Shown one piece after another: positions 10,217-20,216 of a DNA stretch of 63,114 bases (positions are counted from its first letter, which is position 1; every line of letters begins with the position of its first letter). The stretch comes from Desulfobacula sp. (GTDB taxonomy: Bacteria; Desulfobacterota; Desulfobacteria; Desulfobacterales; Desulfobacteraceae): contig JAKIUJ010000001.1 in assembly GCA_021647625.1 (NCBI GenBank), forward strand, positions 1 through 63,114, given 5' to 3'. A program made the translations under genes and the position numbers. The notes beneath the pieces are model-generated. The model was not told the DNA's origin. It did no database searches and saw only the letters and a program-made list of their open reading frames with translations.

Positions 10217-10265
10217 AAGCTACCCCGCCGCAAGAGGACGGGATAATGGCTTGTAAACATAAAAT

Positions 10266-11435
10266 TTATTTTCTGTATGACCTGGGGATACTCAAAAACC
10301 CATCTCCATTTTTATCTTCCAGGTCAAACCACCATTTTTGGGCGTTATCCGGCTTACCGTATCCCATCAAATCGTCTCCCCAGATACCAAACCTTCTGGC
10401 CACCGGAACATTTCTCATGGTCCAGTTAATGGCCCGATGGAATGGAGTATAGGGTTTGCTCCAGGGACAGACCTTGACACAGGTGCCGCACCCTGAACCA
10501 TGTTGATTCCCCACCCGCATGGTGGCGCATTTTTTAATATCAACGGGCCATTTTTCATATCCATTGTGCATGACTTTATCCCCGTCACTGATGGCACCGC
10601 TGGGGCATTCCCGAGCACATTTTTTACATCGGGCACAAAAATCCTGAAGCCCGAAATCAATGGGCTTATCCGGATGAAGCGGCATATTCGTTGTGACGAT
10701 GGCGGCCTTAAACCTCGGGCCCATAAATGGATGAAGCACGGTATCACCAATCCGGCTCATTTCGCCCAATCCAGCCATTAAAAGAATGGGCGGAACCAGT
10801 ACATCATAATAAGGTGCATAGTGCGCCTTGGCCGCGTACCCCAGCCTCCGGATATATTCCGCCAGGGTGATGGCAATAAAACCGGAGGTCGCATAGGACA
10901 TCATGCTCATGGAATTGGAAATCCAGTCATTACCGGCAAAGGCATGGTTGGTCCGCTCATCCTGATCCACCAAAATGGCAACGGCATTTTTATGCTGCAA
11001 TCGGGTGGGTGTTTCGCCTGCATCCATATTTTTAAAACTGAACCCATGGCTGTATACGGCATACTCTGGCAACTCACACACACCCACTGAATCTGCTCTT
11101 AAAAAATAAGCTGTTTCCTTTATATGCCGGGAAAGTTGAATGGGATTATCTGGTAAGGGGGCTGTTTTTGCTGCCGTATGTCCATCTCTGAACGGCTGCA
11201 TATTATCCCGCATCCAGGCAATGGCACCGGAGATGGGAAATTTTGGAACAAACCTGCGAAATTCTTTTTGCAACCGGTCCCCATAATCACCTGCGGCGGC
11301 TTTACAGAAACCGGACTCGCGCTCTGTAACGCGCCTGATTTTATCAGGTACAATTTTTGTGGTCGGTTGATCCACCCGCATAAGTTTATGCATGGGGAAG
11401 GTTTCCCAGTTACGATCAAGATATCCGCTCATCAT
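10266..11435 (-). CDS. rdhA: Reductive dehalogenase (cobalamin, 2x[4Fe-4S]); no Tat signal
   Basis: AGLGEMSRIG, GPRFKAAIVTTNMPLHPDKPIDFG, CARCKKCARECP and CGTCVKVCPW; start set at MMSG after RBS AAAGGAGAG. Confidence 0.85.
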   Translation of the reverse strand: MMSGYLDRNWETFPMHKLMRVDQPTTKIVPDKIRRVTERESGFCKAAAGDYGDRLQKEFRRFVPKFPISGAIAWMRDNMQPFRDGHTAAKTAPLPDNPIQLSRHIKETAYFLRADSVGVCELPEYAVYSHGFSFKNMDAGETPTRLQHKNAVAILVDQDERTNHAFAGNDWISNSMSMMSYATSGFIAITLAEYIRRLGYAAKAHYAPYYDVLVPPILLMAGLGEMSRIGDTVLHPFMGPRFKAAIVTTNMPLHPDKPIDFGLQDFCARCKKCARECPSGAISDGDKVMHNGYEKWPVDIKKCATMRVGNQHGSGCGTCVKVCPWSKPYTPFHRAINWTMRNVPVARRFGIWGDDLMGYGKPDNAQKWWFDLEDKNGDGFLSIPRSYRK

Positions 11436-11551
11436 CTCTCCTTTAAGTCCTGTGACTTTTGCCCCCGGACAGTTCATTTGATGTTTTACAAGTGGATTAA
11501 AAAATAGTAGACATTGGATTATTAATCAAATGATATATTTTCATAAAGGTT

Positions 11552-12490
11552 ATGCATCAAATGGATATACAAAATCTTGATTTAAACCTGCTTAAAACAC
11601 TTCATGTCCTGTTGGAAGAGCGCAATGTCAGCCGTGCAGCCACCAAGCTTTCTTTAAGTCAGTCTGCTGTCAGCCATGCCCTGGGTCGTTTAAGAACATA
11701 TTTCAATGATCCGCTTTTGATAAAAGTGCAAAATGGAATGACCCCCACTGTCCTGGCTGATGAACTTAAGGTTCCCTTATCCGGCATCATTGAACGTATC
11801 GGTGAATTGACCGGTAAAGATACCTTTAATCCAGCTGTTCAAACTGCCACCTTTAAGATTGCAGCCAGCGACTACGGCTCAGGGATCATTCTGCCCCGCC
11901 TGATTGAAAAAATGTCTGTGCTGGCACCCAATTGTTCAATTGAATGCAGCCCCATATCAAACCATCTTGAACATGACTTGAAAATCGGTATGATTGATCT
12001 GGCTTTTGGTGGCTACAAGCCTTTTGAAAACTTCAGTTACGATACCATATTTAATGACCGGTACGTGGGTGTTGTCAAAAAAGGTCACCCCATACTAAAA
12101 TCAGCAATCACAAAAAGACAACTCCAAGTTTGGCCACACACTTATATTGACATCTCTGCCAACACACAAAGAAAAGATGAACTGTACAAATCCCTTGGGA
12201 TTAAGACTTCCGATACCGTTATCGTCCGGCAGCCTTATTTTCTTGTGGCCCCGCTTATTGTTGAAAAAAGCGACCTGATCCTAATCATGCCTGAAATGGG
12301 GGCCAGGGTAATGGCACAGATCATTGATATCACCCTTTTTGAGTTGCCCACCCTGATTAATACCTTTCCTTTTATTCAGGTCTGGCACCGCCGCCGGGAT
12401 AACGATAAGATGCACCAATGGTTGCGGCAGCAGGTCGCTGATGTATGCCAGAAAATAAATGCCTTTTTTAATCCGCACCAAATAAAATAA
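11552..12490 (+). CDS. LysR-family regulator (NodD/LeuO-like), divergent from rdhA
   Basis: LDLNLLKTLHVLLEERNVSRAA...SQSAVSHALGRLR; C-terminal HQWLR. Confidence 0.93.
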   Translation: MHQMDIQNLDLNLLKTLHVLLEERNVSRAATKLSLSQSAVSHALGRLRTYFNDPLLIKVQNGMTPTVLADELKVPLSGIIERIGELTGKDTFNPAVQTATFKIAASDYGSGIILPRLIEKMSVLAPNCSIECSPISNHLEHDLKIGMIDLAFGGYKPFENFSYDTIFNDRYVGVVKKGHPILKSAITKRQLQVWPHTYIDISANTQRKDELYKSLGIKTSDTVIVRQPYFLVAPLIVEKSDLILIMPEMGARVMAQIIDITLFELPTLINTFPFIQVWHRRRDNDKMHQWLRQQVADVCQKINAFFNPHQIK

Positions 12491-12503
12491 AATAGTGCAT
12501 CTA

Positions 12504-14033
12504 TCAGAGCAACGCCCCTTTTCTGACTTTACCTAACGAGGTTCGCGGGAATTTCGATTTAAAGGTTACCTTCACCGGCCATTTATATTTTGCCAGCTTC
12601 CCATGACACATGGCAAGAACATCGTCTTGGTTTAATTTCGCACCGGAAGCCACGATCACAAAGGCATGCCCGGTTTCTCCCCAGATATCGTCGGGTATAC
12701 CGACCACGGCCACATCCTCGATATCCGGATGAAGTTTCAGAATTCTCTCCACTTCTGCCGGATATACATTCTCACCACCCGAGATATACATATCCCCGGC
12801 CCGGCCCTCTAAATAGAAAAAGCCGTCTTCATCCATCCGTGCCAGGTCACCTGTATGCAAAACACCATTTTTAATGGTTTCTTCTGTTTTGACCGGATCC
12901 TGCCAGTACTCCTTCATCATAATGGAACCCCGTACAACGATTTCTCCCACTTCACCGGGTTTGGCAACATTGCCTTTATCATCAAAAATGGATACCTCGG
13001 CATGGAATACAGGTCGCCCCACGGTTCCGGGTTTTTTGAGTGGATCATCTTCGGATGCCCACAAAAGAATGGATGTTTCTGTCTGCCCCATAACCTGGCG
13101 GAAAGCAAGCCCTGCTTCGGTACATTTTTTTACCAGATCTTCGGTCAATTTTTCGCCGCCTCCGGCACAGACCCTGAGAGAAGAAATATCGCATCGCTGG
13201 TCCGGATGGACCTTCAAAAGTTCCCGGTATACGGTGGGAACACCCAAAAATTTGGTGATCTTATACCGTTCAATATCCCTGTAAACCAAAAGCGGATCAA
13301 ATTTACGATGCAAAACGATAGTTGCACCCTTATAAAAAATTGGGGCAGCCTGGATAAAAAGACCGCCTGAATGAAATAAGGGTAAAAAGATCAACATCGT
13401 ATCATTAAAGTGGAGTTTGAAAAAAATGTCAGCATTCAAACAATTAAAAAATGTCTTGCGATGGGTAAGAACTGCCCCTTTAGGTTTTCCTGTAGTACCT
13501 GAAGTATACATGATCACCTGCGGTTCTTCTGGATTTGAAGGCCCGAGGGACCGGGTTAAAAAGGCACGTTTCCCATCAAATAGTTTTGTTTCTTTAATAA
13601 GATCAAATGTTTTGCTGTCCGGCTTTTGTTCACCTACATACGCCACCATCATCGGCGGCAGATATTTTTCAAGTTCCAGAGCATGAACAACATCTGAAAA
13701 ACCATTGCCGTGAATAAATAATCTGGGCCTGCAATTGGTGATGAAATAGTCAAGCTCAACAGAGGTGATCCTGAAATTAATGGGCACAAAAATAGCCCCA
13801 AGCCTGGAGCAGGCAAGGAACAGATCAAGGAACTGAGGACAATTATTCAACATGACTGCCACACGATCTCCTTTTTCAATACCAATGGACTGCAGCCAGC
13901 AACTTGTACTATCGGCACGGCGACACAGTTGTTTGTAAGAAATGACCTGATCTTCAAAAATAATTGCCGGTTTTTCCGGACTTAGGTCTGCCCAGCGCTG
14001 TACCCACCAGGCAATGTTCATTGATTTAATCAT
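12504..14033 (-). CDS. AMP-dependent acyl-CoA synthetase (MenE/FadD-like)
   Basis: YTSGTTGKPKG, GQTE, LHTGDLA, SGGENVYPAEVE, C-terminal GKV. Confidence 0.92.
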   Translation of the reverse strand: MIKSMNIAWWVQRWADLSPEKPAIIFEDQVISYKQLCRRADSTSCWLQSIGIEKGDRVAVMLNNCPQFLDLFLACSRLGAIFVPINFRITSVELDYFITNCRPRLFIHGNGFSDVVHALELEKYLPPMMVAYVGEQKPDSKTFDLIKETKLFDGKRAFLTRSLGPSNPEEPQVIMYTSGTTGKPKGAVLTHRKTFFNCLNADIFFKLHFNDTMLIFLPLFHSGGLFIQAAPIFYKGATIVLHRKFDPLLVYRDIERYKITKFLGVPTVYRELLKVHPDQRCDISSLRVCAGGGEKLTEDLVKKCTEAGLAFRQVMGQTETSILLWASEDDPLKKPGTVGRPVFHAEVSIFDDKGNVAKPGEVGEIVVRGSIMMKEYWQDPVKTEETIKNGVLHTGDLARMDEDGFFYLEGRAGDMYISGGENVYPAEVERILKLHPDIEDVAVVGIPDDIWGETGHAFVIVASGAKLNQDDVLAMCHGKLAKYKWPVKVTFKSKFPRTSLGKVRKGALL

Positions 14034-14194
14034 TTGTCCCCCCAAAAGGCATTTCGTGTATGCAATCATTTATTTCCTATTTCAGATTGAATATCAACCT
14101 TTGACTTAGTTTTTTTTATAATATCAAATCGTCAAATTGGTTCAGCATCCTAAAAGTGAGATTTATTGAGGAATAAAAACTATTAAAAATGTGC

Positions 14195-14222
14195 TTGACA
14201 TTTGCAGACATTGTTATAACAT
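14195..14222 (+). promoter_or_regulatory. sigma70-type promoter of the cold-shock gene (long 5' UTR)
   Basis: TTGACA (14195-14200), N16, TAACAT; about 140 nt upstream of the ATG. Confidence 0.5.
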
Positions 14223-14361
14223 GAATAAAAATTGTGCTGAAGTATGGGAAGCACGGTGGTTTCATCCTTCAGGAGCATTCCCCATCTTTCAATAAATGGT
14301 CCGTCTCCTTAGCGATAGAAACTAGTATTATTTTTTATTTTTATTACAGGAGAAAGGCAAG

Positions 14362-14562
14362 ATGGCGAACGGTACAGTAAAATGGTTTAACGACTCAAAA
14401 GGTTATGGTTTTATCGAACAGGAAAACGGAACTGATGTTTTCGTACATCATTCAGGCATTAATGCATCGGGCTTCAAATCTCTCAATGAAGGAGATAAAG
14501 TTTCATTCGATGTTGAAGAGGGACAAAAAGGTCCTGCGGCAACGAACGTTACCGTGCTATAG
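14362..14562 (+). CDS. Cold-shock protein (CspA family)
   Basis: [18 protein letters not shown]...DVFVHHS; strong RBS AGGAG. Confidence 0.97.
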   Translation: MANGTVKWFNDSKGYGFIEQENGTDVFVHHSGINASGFKSLNEGDKVSFDVEEGQKGPAATNVTVL

Positions 14563-14590
14563 TTAGCCGTTTTATTGATTAAAACGTGAC

Positions 14591-14633
14591 AACACCCTCT
14601 GGATGATTTTAATTCAGGGGGTGTTTTTATTTA
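14591..14633 (+). terminator. Rho-independent terminator after the csp gene
   Basis: AACACCCTCTGGAT...ATTCAGGGGGTGTT followed by a T-tract. Confidence 0.7.
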
Positions 14634-14644
14634 TGTCCGTAAAT

Positions 14645-15547
14645 ATGAAATCACAATCTATAATAACCGGTTATCTGTTTGCCATTGGCGCAACTGCCAT
14701 ATGGTCTGGAAATTTCATTGTTGCAAGGGGACTTCACGACAGTATTCCACCCGTCAGCCTTGCATTTTTCAGATGGCTTGTGGCTGGCATTGCTTTAACA
14801 CCATTCGCCATTAAGAATCTGATTGAGGAATGGCCGATTATTAAAAAGCACCCGGTCTATTTTGCCATCACCTCATTTCTTGGGATTACCACCTTTAATA
14901 CACTTATATATTTTGCAGCCCAGACCACGACCGCAATGAATCTTTCATTGATTGCCATCACCTTTCCCATATTTATCATTCTCTTGTCCCGGATACTTTA
15001 CAAGGAAGTATTAACCGTAAAAAAAGCCATTGGTATCATCCTTGTTTTAACAGGGGTCCTATTTTTAATCACAAAAGGCAATTTTTCCATACTGCTTGAT
15101 ATTTCATTCAATATCGGGGATGTGTGGATGCTGATTGCCGCCATTGTTTTTAGCGTTTACAGTCTGTTTTTAAAAAACAAACCCGAACAAATCAGTATAA
15201 AATCCCTTCAACTATCCACTTTTATTTTGGGGCTCATCTTTTTACTTCCTTTTTTTATATGGGAACAAGCCGCTACACCGGCAACAATTTTTACAGCGAC
15301 CTCCGTGGGTGCCATTTTATATATTGGACTATTTGCCTCCCTTGGTGCATTTTTTCTGTGGAATAATGCCATCATTATTTTAGGCCCTTCCAAAGCCGGT
15401 ATGGTATATTATGCACTTCCTGTGTTTTGTGGTCTTCTGGCGCATCTGTTTTTAGATGAGAACGTTCGACTGCTTCATTTGTATAGTATGGTTTTAATTT
15501 TTTCCGGCATTGTAATCACCAACCATGAACCTAAAAAGAGCAATTGA
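14645..15547 (+). CDS. DMT/EamA-family transporter
   Basis: IWSGNFIVAR, PPVSLAFFRW, about ten TM helices, GDVWML. Confidence 0.9.
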   Translation: MKSQSIITGYLFAIGATAIWSGNFIVARGLHDSIPPVSLAFFRWLVAGIALTPFAIKNLIEEWPIIKKHPVYFAITSFLGITTFNTLIYFAAQTTTAMNLSLIAITFPIFIILLSRILYKEVLTVKKAIGIILVLTGVLFLITKGNFSILLDISFNIGDVWMLIAAIVFSVYSLFLKNKPEQISIKSLQLSTFILGLIFLLPFFIWEQAATPATIFTATSVGAILYIGLFASLGAFFLWNNAIIILGPSKAGMVYYALPVFCGLLAHLFLDENVRLLHLYSMVLIFSGIVITNHEPKKSN

Positions 15548-15650
15548 TATCGCTGCATCATAAGTGGCCATACAAACAATCTTTTTCTTGACCTTCACAT
15601 GAATTCTGCATATGAGTGACCTTTAAAAATATAATAAAAGGGCTTCACTT

Positions 15651-16106
15651 ATGATAAAAATCGGATTACTTACATGCGGCAATGCCACCCAGGATTTAAA
15701 TTGCGCATCCATCGGCTGTTTAAAAGCCTTTAATAACAGAGGTGCCTATTTCAAAGATTACCCGGAAGATGAACCCATTGAGCTGACCGGTATCATCAGT
15801 TGCGCAGGGTGTCCCACTCTTAATGCACCGGCAAAAATTTTAAAACGGGTAAAATCTCTTGCCGGATACAAAATTGATGTACTTCATTTTTCATTCTGCC
15901 TGAAACATGGGTGTCCGTTTAAAAACAAATATGAAAAAATCATTAAAGAAGCCTTTCCGGAATTAAAAATTGTTCACGGAAGCCATGCCGACACGGATGA
16001 AAGCGTTGAAAGATTCAAACAGAATATGGCTGAATTGCTGGCACCCACGATCTGTATTCCCCAGGACATGAACGATCATATTAAGCAACGGGTTAAGCTT
16101 CGGTAA
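15651..16106 (+). CDS. CGGC-domain protein
   Basis: KIGLLTC, CASIGCL, ISCAGCP, HFSFC...CP, VHGSH. Confidence 0.85.
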   Translation: MIKIGLLTCGNATQDLNCASIGCLKAFNNRGAYFKDYPEDEPIELTGIISCAGCPTLNAPAKILKRVKSLAGYKIDVLHFSFCLKHGCPFKNKYEKIIKEAFPELKIVHGSHADTDESVERFKQNMAELLAPTICIPQDMNDHIKQRVKLR

Positions 16107-16260
16107 AGCATTTAACGTAAACATTCGACAGGCTGTTGCAAAACTCCAATTTTCCAGATTTCGGCGTTGGAAAAACAAATTTGATCCTCGAAATACTGCA
16201 TGTATGCCTGTGGTCAAATATATTTTGCATTACTCACACTTTTGCGGTATTCTTAATTTG

Positions 16261-16370
16261 TATATGAAAGAATTATGCAAACCGAATCAGGTTCTTTCTT
16301 GCTTTGTCCAAACCTATAATTTTTTGTGCACCCCCCCTGTTCAAAGGGGCAAAGCTGCGCATGGCCGTTA
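16261..16370 (-). repeat. Structured repeat family C, copy 1
   Basis: Reverse complement TAACGGCCATGCGCAGCTTTGCCCC...GAAAGAAC...TTCTTTCATATA matches the copies at 32939, 48831 and 56753. Confidence 0.75.
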
Positions 16371-16417
16371 TTCAAAAACTTAAAAAAACACCGACAAATC
16401 ACCTTTCATTTTGATTA

Positions 16418-17041
16418 TTGAGTGCTGTAATATTTTATGAAAAAACGATCAGACAAGACAAGCAGGCGACATATCCAAATCAGATTAATCTGGCTTTCCA
16501 TTTTAATTGCGGCTGGCAGCGTAATTTTTTTATCAATCAGCTTAGCGATCTTACAATCACAGATACGCTAACCAATCTTTATACAAAGCGGTTTTTAAAA
16601 GAAATATTACCCGCCCTGATAAAAAAAAAGGATAGGGAAAAAGAGCGTTTGCTGGCTGCCGTTTTTATTGACATTGATCATTTTAAAAAAGTGAACGACA
16701 CCTATGGTCATGCCTGCGGCGATCTTGTTTTATCAAAGATCGCAAAGATGATGCAGAATGCATTAAGTCCGGATGATATTTGCATACGATATGGGGGTGA
16801 AGAATTCGTAATTATCGGTTTTTTTAATGACAAGTCATCCATTGTGGATTGTGCGGACAGGATAAGATACCAGGCATCAAAAATCATTTTTACCCACAAA
16901 AATTTAGAATTCAAAATAACGTTAAGCGCCGGAATCGCTATCTATAATCATGGGGCGGAATTATTCGAAGAAACATTAAAACGGGCCGATAAAATGCTCT
17001 ACCAGGCAAAAAACATGGGACGAAATCAAGTTAAAATATAG
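16418..17041 (+). CDS. GGDEF diguanylate cyclase, apparently without a sensor domain (possibly 5'-truncated)
   Basis: DTLTNLY, DIDHFKKVNDTYGH, RYGGEEF, ADKMLYQAK; no RxxD I-site; weak TTG start. Confidence 0.75.
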   Translation: MSAVIFYEKTIRQDKQATYPNQINLAFHFNCGWQRNFFINQLSDLTITDTLTNLYTKRFLKEILPALIKKKDREKERLLAAVFIDIDHFKKVNDTYGHACGDLVLSKIAKMMQNALSPDDICIRYGGEEFVIIGFFNDKSSIVDCADRIRYQASKIIFTHKNLEFKITLSAGIAIYNHGAELFEETLKRADKMLYQAKNMGRNQVKI

Positions 17042-17361
17042 TGATCCAATATTTTTTCAATGGCGCAAACCTGACGTTCTAATATGTCGGCAGTTTTTTC
17101 CTGCACATCTATCAAATTTTTCTGGTTTTGTGATAATAACTGGACATAATCGTTTAAATTTTCAATAGCTTTTTGAAGCGGTGAACGTACGGATGCTTCT
17201 ACTGTCATCTGATTGGGCAAAATAAATTTTGGAACCGGACGGTTCGAATACTGATATCTTTGTGTTGAGTTGTAAAAGGTTTGATCATAGCTCTTTCGCG
17301 TCATCGGTGTACGGTGTCTTTCAGTGGAACCGTTTCGAAGTGTTTGTAAAAAATCATTCAT
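17026..17361 (-). CDS. Hypothetical protein with C-terminal coiled coil
   Basis: Good RBS (AGGAGAG) and a sigma54 promoter upstream. Confidence 0.65.
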   Translation of the reverse strand: MNDFLQTLRNGSTERHRTPMTRKSYDQTFYNSTQRYQYSNRPVPKFILPNQMTVEASVRSPLQKAIENLNDYVQLLSQNQKNLIDVQEKTADILERQVCAIEKILDHYILT

Positions 17362-17442
17362 ATTACTGCTCTCCTGGTTGCTTTGCCTGCTAATTTTAAA
17401 ACAGATTTTGTGATATTCTCTTTGAAGAATGTTAATTTTTAA

Positions 17443-17458
17443 TGCTATTTTCGTGCCA
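17443..17458 (-). promoter_or_regulatory. sigma54 promoter
   Basis: Minus strand TGGCACGAAAATAGCA (GG-N10-GC). Confidence 0.7.
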
Positions 17459-17651
17459 AATAGAACACCAATGTTTAATAAATGCTTAAAACCCTAATCC
17501 GGATACTTTTATTCCAATTTTCAAATCTATTTCGCATATCCATTTTAAGAAAAATTATGTAAAAAATTTTCCATTATGAGAAAAGAATAACCTAATTTTG
17601 ATTATTTTTATCCTATACTTTTAAAAAATTCAATGTTTTTTTGAGGATATT

Positions 17652-18752
17652 TCAAGAAGCATATCGTTTTAACGCAATCCATCCGAATATTGGACCGGGC
17701 AGAAGTAGCAAAAAAGCGGTCCGGATACCAAACAAATCAATCCAAAGTCCTAGAAGTTCGATGGTGATAATGGTAATAAAAAAACCAATACAATTGACAA
17801 TCGTCAATGCAGAGCCAACATAAGCCCTGGGAGCAAATTGAGTATTAAGAGATGAAAATTGTGGGGAATCGGCGACAACTGCCACCCCCCAGACCATGAT
17901 AATAATCAAAGCAGCCGTCTGGGGCAATTGGACAATAACAGGCGAAATCAAACAAACAAAACCGGATACTAACAATCCGGCAAGCGCAACAAAACGACTA
18001 CCGGTTTTAAGAGCTATAATGCCGCCGATGGAACACCCGGCAAACCCTGCCGCAAAAAAAAGGAATGACCATAGGTCGACATTATGGTTTGTAACATTTT
18101 TTATCAATAACGGAGCATATGCAAACAAGGCATAAAGTTCCCACATATGTCCGAAATAACCAAAAGAAGCCGCTCTGAACCCGGGATGCAAAAACATCTT
18201 TTTAATAACGTTGATATTAAATTTTGATCCTTTTGGCAGATGGGGCCCATCCCCGACAAACAGCAGCTGAATCGCACCGCCCAAAAAACAGAGAATCGAA
18301 GTGCCCAAAAGGATGATATCAGCATTGCCTTGCCAGCTAAAAACCTTAATCAAATAAGGAAACCCGGCGGCCAGGACCAGAGCGCCCACAAGCCAGCCTA
18401 ATGCTCGCGAAATAGTTGCAGGATACCAGGAGGCTGCAATCTTCATCCCAACCGGATAGATCCCGGCAAGTGTGATCCCACATGCAAGTCTTGATAAAAG
18501 AAGATAGATTTTTTGTTCCCCAAGGAAAATTCCTGAAACATTAAAAACCGCCCCCATGACGGCACAGGCAAAAAAGACCCTGGCAGGAGAGTACCGATCG
18601 GAAATATTAAAAATGGCAAACACCAGAGTACCGATGATAAATCCAAACTGAACAGCTGAAAGCAGCAAACCCTGACCCTGAAAAGCCACATTTGCAGCAA
18701 ACCAGATGGAGCCTGAAAAAAACTGGGATAAAACAATAAAAAACAAACGCAT
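17652..18752 (-). CDS. MFS transporter
   Basis: Multi-TM protein; GIYPVGMKIAASWY, GYFGHMWELYA, ADSPQFS. Confidence 0.88.
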   Translation of the reverse strand: MRLFFIVLSQFFSGSIWFAANVAFQGQGLLLSAVQFGFIIGTLVFAIFNISDRYSPARVFFACAVMGAVFNVSGIFLGEQKIYLLLSRLACGITLAGIYPVGMKIAASWYPATISRALGWLVGALVLAAGFPYLIKVFSWQGNADIILLGTSILCFLGGAIQLLFVGDGPHLPKGSKFNINVIKKMFLHPGFRAASFGYFGHMWELYALFAYAPLLIKNVTNHNVDLWSFLFFAAGFAGCSIGGIIALKTGSRFVALAGLLVSGFVCLISPVIVQLPQTAALIIIMVWGVAVVADSPQFSSLNTQFAPRAYVGSALTIVNCIGFFITIITIELLGLWIDLFGIRTAFLLLLPGPIFGWIALKRYAS

Positions 18753-18853
18753 CTGCCGGTTCCTCTCTTATGTTTGGCTTAAAAATAGTGGTTGTAAGAC
18801 ATCGGGTTTGAGTCTGTCAATATCCTGGGTTCAAAAAAAAAGGAGTTGACTTC

Positions 18854-18872
18854 AATAGACGACCGGTCTATT
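18854..18872. promoter_or_regulatory. NemR/AcuR-type TetR operator overlapping a promoter
   Basis: AATAGAC-GACCG-GTCTATT palindrome resembling the NemR box TAGACCnnnnGGTCTA; TTGACT -35 at 18846-18851. Confidence 0.7.
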
Positions 18873-18931
18873 ACTCAATCCATCATCACATTCTGGATGA
18901 TCTAACGATATTGAGCAAAAGGAGAAAAAAC

Positions 18932-19384
18932 ATGTCCGCAAAAGAAACCATGATTAAAGTGATTACAACGCATAACTTGATGCACCTTGCCACCATTGAT
19001 TCAAAAGGATTCCCCCATGTAAGAGGGGTTGATTATGCCTATGGCGAAAAGGCAGATATCCTCTATTTTATCACACAGAAAACCTCGAGAAAAGTTGAAC
19101 ATCTTTCACACAATAATCAAATTGCCATTGTCATTGACAGTGATTGTCCAAATTGGGAAGACCTGTCTCAAGTCAAGTACATTAAGGCAACCGGAACAGC
19201 TTCCATTATCAAAACTGCCCGAGAGATGCAAAAGGCATCCGGTTTATTGATCAAAAAATTTCCGTTCCTGGCTAATCTTCCAGGAGATCCGTCAGACTTT
19301 GTCGGAATCAGGGTGGAGCTTAAAGAGGTATTGGTCACAGACAACACCATCTCGTTCGGGAACACAGAAAAAATACTATTTTAA
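18932..19384 (+). CDS. Pyridoxamine 5'-phosphate oxidase-like FMN-binding protein
   Basis: MHLATIDSKGFPHVR, LYFITQKTSRKV; RBS AGGAG. Confidence 0.85.
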   Translation: MSAKETMIKVITTHNLMHLATIDSKGFPHVRGVDYAYGEKADILYFITQKTSRKVEHLSHNNQIAIVIDSDCPNWEDLSQVKYIKATGTASIIKTAREMQKASGLLIKKFPFLANLPGDPSDFVGIRVELKEVLVTDNTISFGNTEKILF

Positions 19385-19451
19385 CCGTGTCATAAAATTA
19401 GTTTTGTTGTATGCTTGCAAAAATTTATTTTTAAAGTGACTATGAAACAAG

Positions 19452-19594
19452 CAGGGTAAACGCATGCAACCTTGGCAAAATTTTAATCTTTTAATTTACA
19501 GCGACGTACATAGATTGAATAGCAGGCAGCGTTTACCTTTAACACATAACATATTGAATTTATACGATCAAATAAATTGCATGCGCCTGCCCTG
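19452..19594. mobile_element. MITE family B (ISAs1-like CAGGG ends), diverged copy
   Basis: CAGGGTAAACGCATGCAA ... TTGCATGCGCCTGCCCTG; perfect 10-bp TSD ATGAAACAAG (19442-19451 and 19595-19604). Confidence 0.88.
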
Positions 19595-20173
19595 ATGAAA
19601 CAAGACACTAAACATAAAATACTTGAGGCGGGCGCCCGGATAATTCATCATAAAGGATTCCACCATACAGGTATCCAGGAAGTGCTGAATGCTGCGGGTG
19701 TGCCCAAGGGTTCTTTTTATTTTTATTTTAAAAGCAAAGATGATTTCGGCCTTCATATCATTGATTTTTTCAATGCTATGTATATTGGTATGCTTGAGCC
19801 GATTCTCACAGACAAAGACCTTTCACCGCTTAAACGGATCGAAAAAATTTTTGATTATTACACTGATGTGTTTGAAAAAAGAGACTATCAATGCGGTTGC
19901 CCCATTGGGAATCTTTCCCAGGAAATGGGAGACCTGAATCCCGCATTTAGTGACAAATTGACAGCTTCCGTTGAAATGATGGCCAATATATACCAGAATA
20001 TTCTGGATGAAGCCAAAGATTCGGATGATATTGCCAAAGATTTGGACACTTCACAGATGGCTGAATTTATTGTTTCCTCCTGGCATGGGGCATTGATAAA
20101 AATGAAAATTAACAGAAGTGTTGAACCCCTGCGGCTTCACAAAAAATTTATCCTGGAATTTATAACAAAATAA
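19595..20173 (+). CDS. TetR/AcrR-family regulator (NemR/AcuR-like)
   Basis: GFHHTGIQEVLNAAGVPKGSFYFYFKSK, GCPIGNLSQE, SSWHGAL. Confidence 0.92.
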   Translation: MKQDTKHKILEAGARIIHHKGFHHTGIQEVLNAAGVPKGSFYFYFKSKDDFGLHIIDFFNAMYIGMLEPILTDKDLSPLKRIEKIFDYYTDVFEKRDYQCGCPIGNLSQEMGDLNPAFSDKLTASVEMMANIYQNILDEAKDSDDIAKDLDTSQMAEFIVSSWHGALIKMKINRSVEPLRLHKKFILEFITK

Positions 20174-20216
20174 CCACCCTAAAAAATAATATAAAGAAGA
20201 TCGAAATAAGGAGCCA

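Noticed and set aside
16129-16232. AGGCTGTTGCAAAACTCC... IS-end-like sequence
   Set aside because: Probably another decayed miniature element, but no matching second end, TSD or second copy is visible in the window.
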